A program made the translations under genes and the position numbers. From IMG/VR virus record IMGVR_UViG_3300046517_001084: DNA of 23,646 bases. One strand, given 5' to 3'. The notes under the pieces are model-generated. The model saw nothing but the letters and a program-made list of their open reading frames with translations. It was not told the DNA's origin and ran no database searches. The first letter of the stretch is position 1. Every line of letters starts with the position of its first letter. This document shows, piece by piece, positions 23,608 to 23,646 of the stretch. This DNA comes from an uncultured virus (IMG/VR IMGVR_UViG_3300046517_001084) (lineage: Duplodnaviria > Heunggongvirae > Uroviricota > Caudoviricetes).

Positions 23608-23646
23608 GGTGTTCCTCCATGGGTGTTGTTGGGGCGGGGGCCCCCC

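Larger units (their letters stand above)
1..23646. mobile_element. Segment of a temperate actinophage (Streptomyces-type): early/replication operon, immunity switch, integrase, attP, accessory arm
   Basis: Integrase, divergent repressor/cro, excisionase-like HTH, RecT/YqaJ, replication initiator plus DnaC-like ATPase, many overlapping small ORFs; no host housekeeping genes seen. Confidence 0.93.

Noticed and set aside
23423..23620. 65-aa ORF from the track
   Set aside because: The Arg-rich frame looks spurious; the 46-aa ORF 23467..23607 has a proper GGAGG RBS.

Overview
High-GC DNA from a temperate actinobacterial phage, most likely of Streptomyces (inferred from gene content and promoter motifs). 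From ~17.5 kb leftwards runs one long, tightly coupled minus-strand early operon. It holds Cro-like and excisionase-like HTH genes, many small hypotheticals, an N6/N4 DNA methyltransferase, a beta-clamp-like protein, a YqaJ exonuclease/RecT pair, a PAPS-reductase-family protein, a C5 DNA methyltransferase, an inserted GIY-YIG/Phd-like cassette, a replication initiator and a DnaC-like ATPase. Divergent from it are an XRE repressor, a duplicated-domain protein and a tyrosine integrase. After the integrase lies what looks like an intact attP: seven 11-bp arm-type repeats and four 10-bp repeats flank a non-tRNA core region that folds as a ~116-nt hairpin. The accessory arm beyond it carries XRE and GntR regulators, small proteins behind DNA-damage-type promoter motifs (a LexA box and three RecA-NDp/PafBC-like promoters), and an apparently orphan FxSxx-COOH RiPP-precursor-like peptide. 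That peptide is the most intriguing element. All family calls are by eye from motifs; no searches were run.
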